From the NCBI GenBank assembly GCA_039545335.1, contig BCIN01000002.1:3006678-3070677 (forward strand): a stretch of 64,000 nt of DNA, given 5' to 3'. The notes beneath the pieces were generated by a model. That model was not told where the DNA came from. It saw only the letters and a list, made by a program, of their open reading frames with translations, and ran no database searches. Made by a program: the position numbers and the translations under genes. Positions 42,170 through 55,490 of this stretch are shown here, in pieces (positions within the stretch are counted from its first letter, which is position 1; every line of letters begins with the position of its first letter). The DNA is from Kondoa subrosea (Eukaryota).

Positions 42170-42511
42170 ATAGCATGCGTATCAATGGCAGCTTCTTGCA
42201 TTAATACTTCACTCTCCTATGCAGACTCTCGTTCTGAGCTGACTTCTTCGATTCCTTCAACACGTAATGTGCGTCCGTACTTTTAGACAGAATGGCTGAG
42301 CAGACATGAATGTCGAAGAGCGATATGACTGTATAGAAGGAAGCTGCGGAAGCGCAAGGCCAACGAGAAGAACAGGATACATGTCGAATCAGCCTGAACA
42401 GAGCATGAAAGTGACCAGAGCAGTGAGTGAGATAAAGCGAAAACGAGGAGAATGCTCAGATAAGCACAGGGAATCGAGAAGACGCGTGCGATTAGCTATT
42501 GACATTTGCTT

Positions 42512-43516
42512 TCACATTTCAAAGTTCAGACTTTCTAGGCCGACCATTTCCATTCGACTGAGCCGACCAGTCAGTCTCTGGGCAAGTCAAGAAGCACATC
42601 TACTGACCTTGACAAAATCACTGGTCCCATTCTTATCTTCTTCTGAAGCCTCAAACATCTTCAAGTCTTGCAGTTCAAGGCCGTACTGCTTGTTCTTGAT
42701 CGCCTTTTCGTGCGTTGCTTCTAAGATGACTTTAGGTACGATCGAATCGCCATACTCGACGCGGTGATCAAAGGCTTCTTTCCTATTCCGTACTCCTTTA
42801 GTGATATGTCACCGAATTTGGAGAGACCACTGACCAGCGCCTGTACGTTGCCAAAGATCTCATATTCATCTCATGTCATTGGAAAATGATATCAGAGCCA
42901 CGCACGTTATGCACAAACACCAAGTACAACCAGGAGAAAGAATCGATCGCAAATCATTCCCATTATTAGCTGAAAATTCCAGGAAGTCTATCACATGAGC
43001 GTGCTGATTAAGCTCTGCACAAGAAGGACGCTCAAGAGATCACAGCTGACCCTTGTTGACTACTGCAGCGAGAATGTGGGAACCATGATCTTGCCTGAAA
43101 GCGAGCATTAATGGATAGATCCCTGCCAAACTGAATGCAGTGCTCACGGTCCAGCTGTATAATGCGAACCTCCCATCAGCTAGCGACGAGAAGAGATCAC
43201 AGCATTACTCACTTTCGCAGTATCCGTTGCCTGTTCGTCAAAGTCAAGGAGAGTCAGCGAGGTGACTTCACTCTTGAGCTCGAACCGAACGATAGAAGCC
43301 AGTTGTAGGTTGCACGCCCTATAATCGAGGACGACATGAGTCCAATGAGAAGAAGCAGCCAGGAAAGTACACACAGGCGGAGTAGCGAAAGATAGAGGAG
43401 CGTTCAAAACTGATCGACCATTGAGACTAGAACTATAGGTGAGCAGACTGAAACGTACCTGATAGTTGTGTAGACATTCTGACGTTGCTGGCGGTTGCTA
43501 AAGCGCGTTTGATCAT
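42512..43516 (-). CDS. hypothetical protein with possible mitochondrial presequence; multi-exon
   Basis: MIKRALATASNVRMSTQL start, short GT-AG introns, exon FDHRVEYGDSIVPKVILEATHEK; family not recognised and internal exons uncertain. Confidence 0.5.
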
Positions 43517-43643
43517 AGATCGAGAAAGAAACCACAGGTTTGGAATGACGCGCTGACATAATACAACTTTCATGCTACTTTCAGGGTGAATCGCTATGCT
43601 CTGTATGTACTCATATGTAATGTCCTTGCGATGCTATATAATG

Positions 43644-46023
43644 CTACAATGCTAGACCGAGTAGTCCGATGAAGAGATTCCATGATGTTGATCCTGTGGT
43701 TGCTTGGGTATTGGTGGTCGTTAAGCCGCTGCCTTTACATCTACACGCAATCATCAGCTATTGATTGCTGAGAATTAAAGAGGATCTACTGATTGTTGTT
43801 TGCGCTTGGCCAACCTGAATCGCTCTAATCAGCTTAAGCAATCCAGCAGCTGATCGCAAGACATACATGATAAATAGCGACACCAAGAGCAGGCCTATGT
43901 ATCTTTTAGCTAATGCAGAACACCACGTGATAAGAACTTACAGCATTGGGATCGCTCGTGTAAAAGTTGCGCGTGAGCACTACAAAAAGCACTATCACGC
44001 CAGGTACAGCTATGGCTCGTAGCACATAGAAGATCATTCGATGTCTTTTGGTTTGATGGATTGCAGGGTAGAGAATCTGGACCAACTTCTGAGTTAAATG
44101 ACAGTACGTGTCAGAAAGAGCTTACGATTGAGAGCAAAAGACCCATGGCGAAACCACCTGTGATGGAAAAAAAAGACAGGGAATGAGCTGTAAGCTAATT
44201 CCCCCTCTTTTTCCTCACCTAAATGGCTGAAATTATCCTATTAAGACCACATGAGCCTATTCCTCTAACTCACGCTGAGGAAAACTCACAATACCAGGAA
44301 CATATCCTAATGCTATACCCAGAATCAATTCAATCAATAAGAAGACCATCTTTCTCTTCGGTCGATGTTCAATCTTCCAATGGGCTACCAAATCCACAAA
44401 TGCGGTCGCATGGGTACCAAAGATCGCTCCTGATGCGCCTACAGAAGGTTGACCAACTAAAGCGAAGTTACCTCCCAGTATGACTGTTGTGCGCATTTAG
44501 CTTAAAGGAAAAAGAGGGAGGGCAAGCAGACCGACAACCGAAGATTCCTGCGCAAAAGTAGAGGACTACGAATCGAGGTGTCCCCATTTCTCTTTCTACT
44601 TGAGCTGAAGTAGATAGTTGTACCCTGATCTACAATAAGAAGTCGGTTTCGATAAGCTACAATTTGCTCACACTAGATTGAGAAGGATGTGTATGATTCC
44701 AGCGTGTCTGTAAGGCAGGAAGGACTGCTCAATCACTGATTGACAGAGAGAAGTAGCCCGCCAAGCTTACAGGAAGATGGGCACAATGAAACGGAAAGAT
44801 TGATCTGGCACTCCGTTGGAGCTGAATCCACCGAACCCGCAAATTTCAGACAGGCTTTGCACTAAAGATCAAATTGAGAATTTGTTCTTGTACGGGAAAC
44901 GAAGTACAACTCGCCTGACGAAGGTGGATTGTCTTTGTTTGTCAGACTAGCAAAATTCTGATCCGATACGCCTGGTACGTTTTTAATGCATGGAGTGAAA
45001 CGAGCGCCGCTGTGAATCATGACATTCGAAGTAGGTCCAATCATTGGGTTGAAGACTGTTACACAAATTGTGAGTCTTGACATAGGACTTTCACGAGCAG
45101 AACGGACTGGGTTTGATCGCTATAGGTGTTCCTTGATACTTCCACTATACCTAATGTCAGCTTACATCCGAGCAAATCTGTCCAACACGCACATTTTGCT
45201 GCAGCTCAACGATGAAGACGACCAGCATTGCTATCGATAAAGCCCAACAGGCCCAGGGTCGAGCTTGCACACCGATCCCACGTTTGTGGTTCTCGATCCG
45301 CTGTTCTATTGGTGTAGTATCCCTCCATATCCTCTTCCAAACCGAAGGTCTTTGCTTGCCAATCAATGATTCATCAGGTAGAGCCAGGAAGGAGGACGAC
45401 CTTTTCTTCTCGTCGGAAGTAAGCAAAGAAGGAGGATATTTGTTATCTGCTACTACTAGAGGAGAAGGATCGTATAAACCACGTTGTTCTCGCTCGGATT
45501 CAGGTTGCCATTCAGACTGTTTGCCAGCAAAATGAACTAAAGGCAACTCTGCCGTACTATCTTGATAATGTCTGCCGTAATTGTAATCCCTATCATCATC
45601 TTCATAAGGATTCAGGTTGCGAGTTGGATAGTAGCTATCTGAAGACAAGTCTTGGTGATGCGTTGATTGTTGGTAAGGATCTTGATGCTGCCAATTCGAG
45701 TGAGAATAGCTGTTCACTACTGTCCTTTCGTCCCCAAAGTTGGAAACAGAGTCCAAAGGCGAGACTTCAGACTCAGCGCGTCTCAAAGCAGATGGCTGGG
45801 TTCCACTGGCGTAGTATTGATCAGCATAAGGAGGCGCTTGCTGAGGATACTGTCCAGCGTATGGATTGTACATGTCACTGCTATAGCCAGCAGCAGCAGC
45901 AGAGGCAGAAGATTTGACAGCTCGGATCGTGGAAGTTCGACCTTGAGCGGTTTCAGCATGTTGCTCATCAACAGGCGTCGGATCTGGCACGACACATAGC
46001 GGCGACTGCAGAGGCGTCGACAT
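43644..46023 (-). CDS. rhomboid intramembrane serine protease (fungal secretory-type), multi-exon
   Basis: Long Q/Y/P-rich N-terminus, NPMIGP, GARFTPCIK, FRFIVPIFLHAGIIHI, catalytic GASGAIFG and DNFSHLGGF, C-terminal CSWCRYLS-type Cys motif. Confidence 0.9.
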
Positions 46024-46748
46024 GGCTGGTCTCAGAAGAGAAGCAAGCCCGGCAAAATAGCCTCAGCAGAATACTTCAAACAGATTGTGCAACATGACAT
46101 CGTCAGCGAACAGTGTCAATCGGCCTATGGCATGGCTTTAGAGGTACTGACAATTTCTTTGCTACTCGACAAACGGAAAGCTGCCACTCAAAGACTGGAA
46201 GGAAGCTTCCAATTCGCATACAAAATACTTTGATAGCCCTTCTCGATGTTGGCTGCTCTCTATCGGTCTATTTCGCTCGCTTCAGCAGCAAGAGTGCTCA
46301 TCCTATGATCCCTGCCTTCCTTGCTCCGCTTTTACTTGTGTCCTGAGATTGCAAACATCGCATTCCTGCTGGACATGAAGACTGACAGAAGTTGGCTGAA
46401 TCATGAGCAATGTGCAAGTGCATGGGAGTGTCATACGGTCCTGCACTTGTCCTAGACGCGGCGTTACTATCACACCTGTGTCATTGTAGCTCGCGCAAAC
46501 CATATGATCTACCTCGACTATTGGATGCCTTCGCGCTGTCGTTCCTCATCTACAATATATTCTGTCCTCCTTCTAAGTGGAATGGGCGAAATCATGCCAG
46601 TTTATCTGATGACATTTCAGGTCGGCCTTGGTACGGCCACGACCAGTGCGGCATAAAATTACACAACAAAGTGATTACTATTTAGCTCGCGCTCTCTTCT
46701 CGCTTCTCTTCCTGTATTATTCACTTCCTTTCTATAAAGCAAAAAGAA

Positions 46749-47924
46749 ATGTCGCGCTTTACTCAAATCTTCTTCATCATGTGCATCGCGTCGTTCTGCT
46801 CTGCTTTCATCGACGCGTCATCTTTCGAAGCTACTCAACATCTTCTACCAGCTTTACATTCCTCAACTTGCAATGTATCTTTTCATCTACATTCCAACAC
46901 CAGCAACCCAAGCTTCTTCCACCTTGAAACTGAACCAGCATATACAGACAAGTTCAGCGCGAAAACGTTTCTGGGAGGTCGCGAGACCGCAACTTTCCAT
47001 CTCGTTTGCACTGGACCAGTTTCTTGCTTTAAGGGAACGGTGTATGGATACTTCAACTTGATAAGGGAGATACAACGAAGGGTTGGCAAGCTCGCTGCTA
47101 TCGCTGCAGAAGCCCTCTTCTGCACTATCTTTACCAGTATGTTCTATCTCTTTTGGATCTTATACCAGATAAGCTAATTTTCTTTCGCAATAGCTCTCTT
47201 GATTTGTTCTGTTCAATGGGTGTTGGACTATTCTAAACGTCAATCCCAGAAGAAGATTGTCAAATATGCAAAGTTTCATTCCAAATCACAAGCTAAATTC
47301 CAAACCATTCTCGAGGCATACAAAATGCAATTCTCTGAGAAATCTTCACCGGATCAATATCACTTTGATAGCAAAGTCGGTCAAGCTCTTAATCCAGCTA
47401 CTACTCGTTTGGCTCTAGCTCAACTTCGTTCCATCATTACCGATATCAATACTCTTTACAATCAATTTTCTGTTGATCCAGCTTTTGTCCAAGCAATCGA
47501 ATCAGATCACAAAGGGAACATTTTCAACCTCAAGAATCAACTCAAATTGTCGCATCTTCACTTCAATCTCATCGCAATTGAAGCACAATGGAAATCAGAC
47601 ATCAAACGAGAACAAGTCAAACATATTTTCACAAAATGGACTTCTCAACACGTTGCTAGATTAGCAAGAAATGATCCGGAAAGATATGCGCTATCTCTTG
47701 AATGCAAGAAAGGAATGTATGAGATGACTGGAAGAGATGAAAAAGATTGGTTTGTGCGATCTGGAATGGAAGCGCTTCTTTACCACGAAGAGTTTACGGG
47801 AAAGAAAAAAGAAGAAGGATTTTGGAAGGCTGTGCTGGTAATGCAAGAGGTTGGTCTCTATGTTCGTGGTCTGCAGGGAACAACAGAATGGAATGGGGTA
47901 ACACATTTCTCGAATTTAAAGTAG
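46749..47924 (+). CDS. hypothetical single-pass membrane protein with signal peptide; 1 intron (~47138-47193)
   Basis: ORFs 46749-47177 and 47199-47924 joined by GTATGT...GCTAAT...AATAG; hydrophobic N-terminus and a central TM segment. Confidence 0.6.
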
Positions 47925-48636
47925 TCAATTGTAGCGCTGGTCGCAACATATTAGGTTAATGAACTTTATTGTTTTGACTGCATTGTACTTTCTGTTCCTT
48001 TTTCGAATTGACTTAGTGTTGCCTATTTGCCATGATCCTGCTTCGACATTCTGCACTTTTTTGATGAATCCTTTGCTGGCGGAATAACCATGACTGGGCA
48101 CAAGCTTGCAATGGTAAGATGGATGGTCGTCGACTAGAATGTTGCACCATAGGCTTGACAAGATCTTGTAGTTACAGCACTTGATAGAGCCAGCCGGATT
48201 CTCAAAGAAGGGAGAAGCAAGATCATAGAGTGAGTTCGATGTCTTGCTATCCTCTGTTCTGTAGCCATCCATGAACACAGAGCCTGACGAAGAATACTAG
48301 CAGTTCGGATGTTTCGTTTTTCTCCACAGCACATTGGATCAGAGCGGGCCAAACATGTGTACAGCAATTCCAGCATTCTCAAAGAAGATCTCGGCTCAGT
48401 AGCACACATATGCGAGAGAACAAGATTGAGGATAATCGAATGACAGGGTCCAGTACTGGTGCACCAGATCCTGAAGTTGATTAGTCGGACACAAGCATGA
48501 ATCCTCTTCTGTTGACAGACAGCACAACTGATCCCTAAGGTATCATTTTCAGAGTATTCCAGATCATAGCTCGCGGTATCGAGATGACCTGTCTGACATT
48601 TTTTGTGTTTCGTCTCTTACACTCAAACGGCTCCAG

Positions 48637-50927
48637 ATGGATCTCTTCGCAGACGAGTCTGTCAGCAGCAAGAAGAGCAAAAAACAAGAGAAGCTGGAAC
48701 AAGCTGAACGAGCTGAGCGAGCTAAAGAACTTGCAAAATGTTCCGTCGCTCTCATTTTGATTCAGCTGGATGTACTGATTTCGGGTGTTATATACAGTAA
48801 AGGACAAGTATGCTGAGAATTCAGAAGACTCAGAAAGCTCTTCAGACTATTCTAGCGAAGATGTGAGTTCACCTGCAGTTTGACTCGAGAGTCAGGACTA
48901 ATACATTGGGGGAAACAGAGCGAAGCTGAATTAGATACACCTGCGGTTGATGTTGCGATCTTCAAGACTTTAGCGAAGATCCGATCAGGGGATCCAGCAA
49001 TTTATGAATCCAGTAGGAAAGTCTTTGACGGTACGTTCTTCAGTTTCTCTCACATTGCACTCACTTAATATGGTATGGAGAGCAGAACTGGAAGAATCTA
49101 CCTCTACTTCTCTACCATCCAAGAAATCTAAATCAAGCAAACCTGTACATCTCAAAGATCTAGAACGTATCACTCTTTTAGCTCAAGGTGCACAACCTTT
49201 TGATACTTTACCTACTATGACTCCCTATCAAGAAGAACAAGCTTTAAAAGCAGAAGTCACTGCCGCTTTTCATGCTGGAGGAAGTTCAGATGATGATGAG
49301 GAGGATTTATTAGTTAGGAGAGAAAAGACTCAAGGAGAAGTAGAAATGGAAGATGAAGCGTACAAGGAATTCTTACTTTCTTCTGTTGGTGGGAAAGCGA
49401 TGTTAGAAAGCTTGTTATCAGCCAAAGAAGCTCAATCCCAGGACGATGTTATCAAAGATGCAGATGAAGAAGGCAAACCTGCTAAGAAGAAGAAGAAGAA
49501 AAGGAAAGCAGCTGAAATGGAGCAAAACAAAGATCAAGACGATGATGCTTTCTTAAGAGATTATATCCTCAATCGAGGTTGGTTGGATAAATCTGCTAAA
49601 CATGTACCAACGCATGAAGAAGTTCTCGAAGAAGACAAACCGACAGTCGAACCAGCAGGACCTACTGGAGTCAATGCGATTCCTGCTTACAAACCTTTGG
49701 ACAAAACGATTGATGATTCGGAAGATGAAGAGTTTGAAGATAAAGCTGAAGAATTCGAAACCAAGTACAACTTTCGATTTGAGGATCAGTGAGTTCTTTC
49801 TGACTTTCGCTGAAGGCGAACATGCTAAATGTCTCGACAAGAGCTGGGGCAGATATTGTTACTCATGCAAGATCAAACGAAACTACTGTTCGAAGAACCG
49901 ATGATACTCGAAAGAAAGCTCGTGATGCTCGAGCGGAAAGGAAAGCTGCTGAAAGAGCTGAAAAGGAAGCTGCTCGAGCTCGTATAAAAGATCTGAAGAG
50001 AAGGGAAATCATGGATAAGCTGAAAGAAATTCAAAAGATTGCTGGTACTGGCAAAGATTTGCAAGACGGGTTTGATCTGGAAGGTGATTTTGATGAAGCC
50101 GAACATGAACGCCAGATGCAGAAGATGTTTGGGGATGACTACTATGCGGAAGAAGTAAGTGGATAAGCTCTCGTGCTGTATACGAGCCTAACTTTGAAGC
50201 AGGATCCGGATGGCAAACCTACTTGGGCCGAAGATATTGATATTACAGATATTGCACCAGAAGAGGCTGTCGAGGAAGAAGAAGCTTATGATCCTTCAGC
50301 TCCTGTCAAAAAGGACAAGAAAAAGAAGAAGGATAAAAAGGGCAAAGGCAAAGCTATTAGCGGAGAAGCTGAGGAGGAAGATCCTGCGGTAATCGAAGCC
50401 GTACTGGAAGAAGGATTAGATCCTGCTGCAAAAGATGCTTTGGCTGAAGATCTTGATGAGCTGTACGGGCTCGATCATGAAGATATGGTAATTCTACTCT
50501 CTGGGCATGCTTATTCTGCTCTTACCAAGCTGCATAGATTGGCGATTTGGCTACTCGTTTCAGCTACACGAAAGTACCGGTACCAGCAGATGGACTGAGT
50601 CCTGCAGAGATCCTCATGGCGACAGATGCAGAATTGAATTCGCTGGTTGGCTTGAAGAAACTTGCAGCTTATCGAAACGGACCTTCAGCTAATGCTCAAC
50701 CGAAACGAAAGAGAGTCAAGGAACTCAAGAACGCCTTAGGCAAGAGGAAATGGGGTGGTGAGCTGCCCAGAAGGGATGAGCAAGTCGATCTGGAGAAGTA
50801 TAGCAGGAAGAGACAGAAAGTCGCAGGTGAAGGCAATGCTGCTTCTGGCGAAGGCGAGAAACCGAAGAAGAGGAAGGGAAAGAAAGAAAGGCAGAAGGAG
50901 AAGGCAGCAGTTCCAGCAGCAGAATAG
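48637..50927 (+). CDS. KRI1: KRI1 ribosome (40S) biogenesis protein, multi-exon
   Basis: DVAIFKTLAKIRSGDPAIY, FLRDYILNRGW, FETKYNFRFE, TVRRTDDTRK, RFSYTKV...GLSPAEILMATDAELNSLVGLKKLAAYR. Confidence 0.93.
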
Positions 50928-51105
50928 AGTACTCGTTTCTCTTAGGCGGGCGCATTGTTTCGAACCATGATTTTCCGGGATGTCAATGAGACAGAAACGA
51001 CAAAGCGACTTCGTGGTATACACAAACATGCTGTCATGACTCTATTCAATCTCTAATTACATTAGTCTATATAACGGTGTACATGTAAAAGTCTAGATGT
51101 TCGGA

Positions 51106-53205
51106 CTACTTTGAAGCTTGTACGAACGGCACGAGGCTCAGCAACAGAGCTATCAGAGCGAATAGTACTGTCATTGTCGGCCAATTGTTCTTCGCTATTT
51201 CTGTCTTAATGTCCGGTCCGAATAAATTGTTGGACCATTTTGGCCAAGGCAATGGATCGCCTTGCTCTTCTAAGATTTGCTCCGATGTCATCTTTGCACC
51301 GGCCATTACAATGGGTACACCTGTTCCAGGATGTGCAGAAGCACCAACAAAGTAGCAATTCCTGAGCGAAGGTTTAGTACACAGTTAAGAGCATCAAGAC
51401 ATAGAGACTCACTTGATCTTGGAGTGTTTCGTTCTCGGTCTGAAAGCCAATACGTTACTATTATGCACACTGAGTCGTTTCCTAGCTTAGGTAGACTGAA
51501 GACTCACAAGAAACTATGACTCAAGCCCAAGATTGAACCTTTGTCCAAGTTGAATTTGTCTTTCCAACTTAGAGGATCATTGACCTGCTCCGCAACGATC
51601 CACTTCCTGAAGTCTTTGCATCCTAATCTGTGCTCGATCCCACTCAACACTTGTTCTCTTGCGTTGTTGACCATAGCTTGGAAATCTTGTTTCGTTTCGC
51701 CTTTGGTTATATGACCAACCGGAACCAGCTATGTTCTCCGTCAGACAGGCGATCAACTGAATATCTGAAAAACGATACTCACAACTACCACAGCATCACA
51801 ACCTCTTGGAGCAGCAGATGGATCTATTCTTGAAGGCACATTGACATAATAACTCGCTTCTTCAGGCATGCTATGATCTTTGAAGATAGAATCAAATGAC
51901 TCGGCATAATGATCCGCTAGGAAGATGTTATGAATTCCTAATTCTGGCACTATTCGATCAAGAGACCAGTAAAACGATATTGAGGAACATGAAGATTCGC
52001 GCTTGGTCAGTGATTGCGAGTAGGAGGGAGAAGATTCGGGAAAGAGATTTGCGTAGGCATATACTAGATCAGCATTCACGCAGACCAAATCGGCTGAGGC
52101 AGTAGTTCCATCTTCTAATTCGATACCAGTTGCAATGTTGTTTGATGTAATGATTCGCCTGACTGGACTATTGTAGTGGAATTTAGCTCCATTACGTTTG
52201 GCGATCGTTTCTAAAGCTTGAGGGACCTATATCAAAATGAGACTTCGCTTTGAGCTAAGATGGACAATGGCTACCTTGTGAAAACCGCCTATAGGATAAA
52301 AGATGCCCCTGTACCACTGTTAGACCAAGTCCGAAAGGCTTTGGCTAGACTTACTCTGTCAGTTCCGTCTGTACCAAATCAGTGAAGTGAACCAAATTTC
52401 CAAATGCGGAGAAACTCACATATTGTAGGAGACTGTATGTGCCAGGAGCATCCATAGGTGACACTTGAAGCGATATCAGATACTTTCTACCGTATGGCAA
52501 AGCTACTCACTGCCCATATACTGCAAAATCGTCAGCATAGGATCGTGTATTACAAGTTAAGAGCTCACCATCGCTGCAAATGTAAATGCTCTCCTCAATC
52601 GTTCTGTTCGGAAGTATTTGGACGCTCGAGAATACTAGAAAAATGATCAGCATTAAGCGTACCCAAGTGTAATAACTCACAATCGAAACAAAAGGATGCA
52701 AGACCAACACACTCTTCAAGAAGCCCCAGCGAAGAAGAGATAGCAGACTATAGAAGTTGCGATGTAGTACATGATCCACACTGAGGTTGTAGTGTCTTCC
52801 AGCCTCTTGCAAGAAAGCGAGGTAATTATCAAAACCTTGCAACCCTTCGATTCGCTCAATCTCGGCTTTCATTCTTGTCAGATCCGTCGATAGTTCCAAG
52901 TTACTTCCATCCTTATAATGTATTACATAATTCGGTTCGCATTTCTTGATATCGACTCCTTCGCTTTCAAGGGTTGTGCCCAAATCGTTAAAAGTCTCTT
53001 CGAACAGTTTCGGTAATAGTAGCAATGATGGACCTTGATCGAACCGATATCCATCCTTCTCGATCAAAGAACAGCGACCACCTGAGTGCGACTCTTTTTC
53101 ATAGACTGTGACGTTGTAGCCAGCATGAGAGAGACGAGCAGCGACTGAGACTCCACCAATGCCACAACCGACCACTATTGCACTCTTCTTTTGCTTTTCT
53201 GCCAT
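51106..53205 (-). CDS. crtI: phytoene desaturase (CrtI / CarB / Al-1)
   Basis: FAD-binding IVVGCGIGG...YEK...GGRCSLI..DGYRFDQGPSLLL, YMGMSP.DAPGTYSLLQYTE, FYPIGGF, SCSSISFYW, HNIFLA, YVNVPSRIDPSAAP, HPGTGVP, C-terminal TM anchor. Confidence 0.96.
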
Positions 53206-53263
53206 CGTGGTTTCGGAGTAAGATCGACTGGACAAATCAAAGAGAGCAAGTTTGTTTTCCTCA

Positions 53264-53273
53264 ATTACGTAAT
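53264..53273. promoter_or_regulatory. 10-bp palindrome ATTACGTAAT (bZIP-type site) in the crtI promoter
   Basis: Perfect palindrome ~60 bp upstream of the crtI ATG; TTACGTAA is a known Yap/Pap1/PAR-ATF bZIP core. Confidence 0.45.
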
Positions 53274-53364
53274 CTGACGAGGTTATTCACTATCAATATT
53301 TCTACACATGTCTATATTGCCCTATATTAAAGCACATAATAATAATAATCTAAACAGAAAAACT

Positions 53365-55256
53365 TTAACGTCCAGTCCGTATTACTCTCCAAAGTACACC
53401 AATTCTTTCCCATTTACTTACTTTCGCTCTTCCTTCCAATTCTCCTCTACTCAATTTCTCCTTTACCTTCACACCAACTTCCAAATAAACAGCACAAGCA
53501 GCTCTTAATCCCACCCTAGCTTCTTCAGGCATAGAATCAATAGCACACATACATCTCCTTCCAATCTCTTCAGCAGAATCACATAACTTCCTTCGATCTT
53601 CACTGAGTTCTTCCAAACTTTCTTTCCCAGATCGACCAGGTAAATAACATCTTCCCATTTCAGAATCAGCAGGTACATCTCTTGCAATATTAACATATTG
53701 TAACGCTTGACCCATTTCTCTAGCTGCTTCTAAAGTATTCGGATCAAGTGTTTGGTTGTAAGCTGAACAAGCCAAAATAACAGAAAGTTCAGCAACGCTT
53801 GAAGCTACTCTTTGTGCGTAAAGTTCTAAATCTGCTTGAGTATGGATTTGTAGTGTTGGGAATTGAAGATCTGTTGCGAATCCGGCTAAGAGATCAGCAA
53901 AAGGTTGATAGGGTAGATTTAAAGAGGGTAGGAGTGATAAGGCCGGTTGATGTGATTCTTGACACCGGGCTAGAGCGAGAGATAGTTCTTTAGGGTTCGT
54001 GTGAGGAGAGGTTGCTAGTTGGAAGTAGGTTTGAAGGTCAGAGAGATTCTGTGTTGCTTCTGAGGGTGAAGAGGCTTCGTCTATTGCATCATCTGCAACT
54101 CGACATATTGCGTAGCTACGATTCAGATAAGCTCTACTTCGAGGCATATTGAGATGCGCATACAGTGATAATAGCTCTACTCTTAGACGACCTTCGAAGA
54201 GCATCGAGGCAGTCGAAAAGCTTTTGCTCTTCTCCTGCAATATCCCGAGTGAGGTTTGCAAAGCTGATAATTTCTGAGAAGGATAGGCTGAAGAAGGTAG
54301 AGTGATAGCTTGAAGTGTTGTAAGAAGAGGTGGAACGCTTGCTATACGTTCATTGAAGAGTTCAGGGAATGTATCGCATACAGCAAAAGCGAGATCTCTG
54401 TTCTTCTGTGTGAGCACTTGTTGTTTCAGGCAGACGGTCAACTCACGATGCTACATGTCCGAAGACAATCATGAGATTGGTGACAAGGAAGAAGATGGCC
54501 TCCCTGCCGCAGGAAAAGTCAGGATGGATAATGGGCATACCATAGGAGACTGACTCTATCTCTAGATGAGGCCAAAGATGTATTCCAAGCTTTGTTCCAC
54601 TTTCAATCACCCATGTTCCCCTTCTCAACGCAAATGTATCTACCAGCCAAAGATACAAAGTGGGCACAGCGACAGGCAAGATTGTAGCTGTCCAAGGTAA
54701 TGCGATGATATGCGAGTAGGCCAAAGTCCAAAGTAGAAGTAAGAAAGGCAAGCACCAGAGTAGGATAAGCGAAATGTAGGTTCCTTTGCCTTCATCCATA
54801 AACAGCTTGCATGAGAAGATCCATAGTGCTACGATCACAGCTCCGACACCAAGTTGGATCCGTCTCCGAGATTTACGTTGTAGATAGACCGAATGAACAA
54901 GGGGCCGAGAAGTGAGTGCATATAGACTTGAGGTGATGTAGGTTTGCACGAAAAAGAAGAAGTATTCTTCTATCGGTATAGAAAAGAGAGTGGGACCAAT
55001 GACGGCCGATGAAGGGTAAGTCCAGATCTTGCTACGAACGAGATAGCTGTCCCAAGGTGTCGTTGCGATAACCGCAATCTTTCAAAAGACAAACATCAGT
55101 CCCTCGGTACTTCGGTCTAAGTTGCTATAGGCTTACAAGGATCAGCAAGTTGGTCCTGTATCTTTCCCGCCTTGTCCGAAACGGTTTCCCTAGCAGGTAG
55201 AGCGCCAAAGCTGGCGGAATTGTGTATATGAGATGAACGACAGCATAATCGAACAT
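53365..55256 (-). CDS. crtYB: bifunctional lycopene cyclase / phytoene synthase (CrtYB / CarRA / Al-2)
   Basis: Cyclase domain MFDYAVVHLIYTIPP, IAVIATTPWDSYL, IPIEEYFFF, LWLVDTFALRRGTW, EEAIFFLVTN; synthase domain KSKSFSTAS, CRVADDAIDE, GQALQYVNIARDV..D...GRCYLP. Confidence 0.96.
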
Positions 55257-55490
55257 TGGCCGAGGGCATCCAAAGCTGTGATCGAGGGGTATATGTGTGC
55301 TCCTGTGCTATGCGAGTGTGGTATTCCGGGTGGTAGTCTACAAAAAACGAGGGCCAAATTTAGAGATTTTTGGCCAAACAAAGCAAGATTTTTGCAGAGT
55401 TATGTCATCGGTCATCACTCGGTTTGCTCAGAACAGCGACTAACTACCTGTGGCTCGGACTAGGACCAGGACTAGATAAGAGGCCTAGCA

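Noticed and set aside
47925..48560. Short minus-strand ORFs upstream of KRI1
   Set aside because: No motif or splice pattern I could support.
48637..50927. KRI1 as a member of the carotenoid cluster
   Set aside because: Housekeeping ribosome-biogenesis gene convergent on crtI; adjacency alone gives no functional link.
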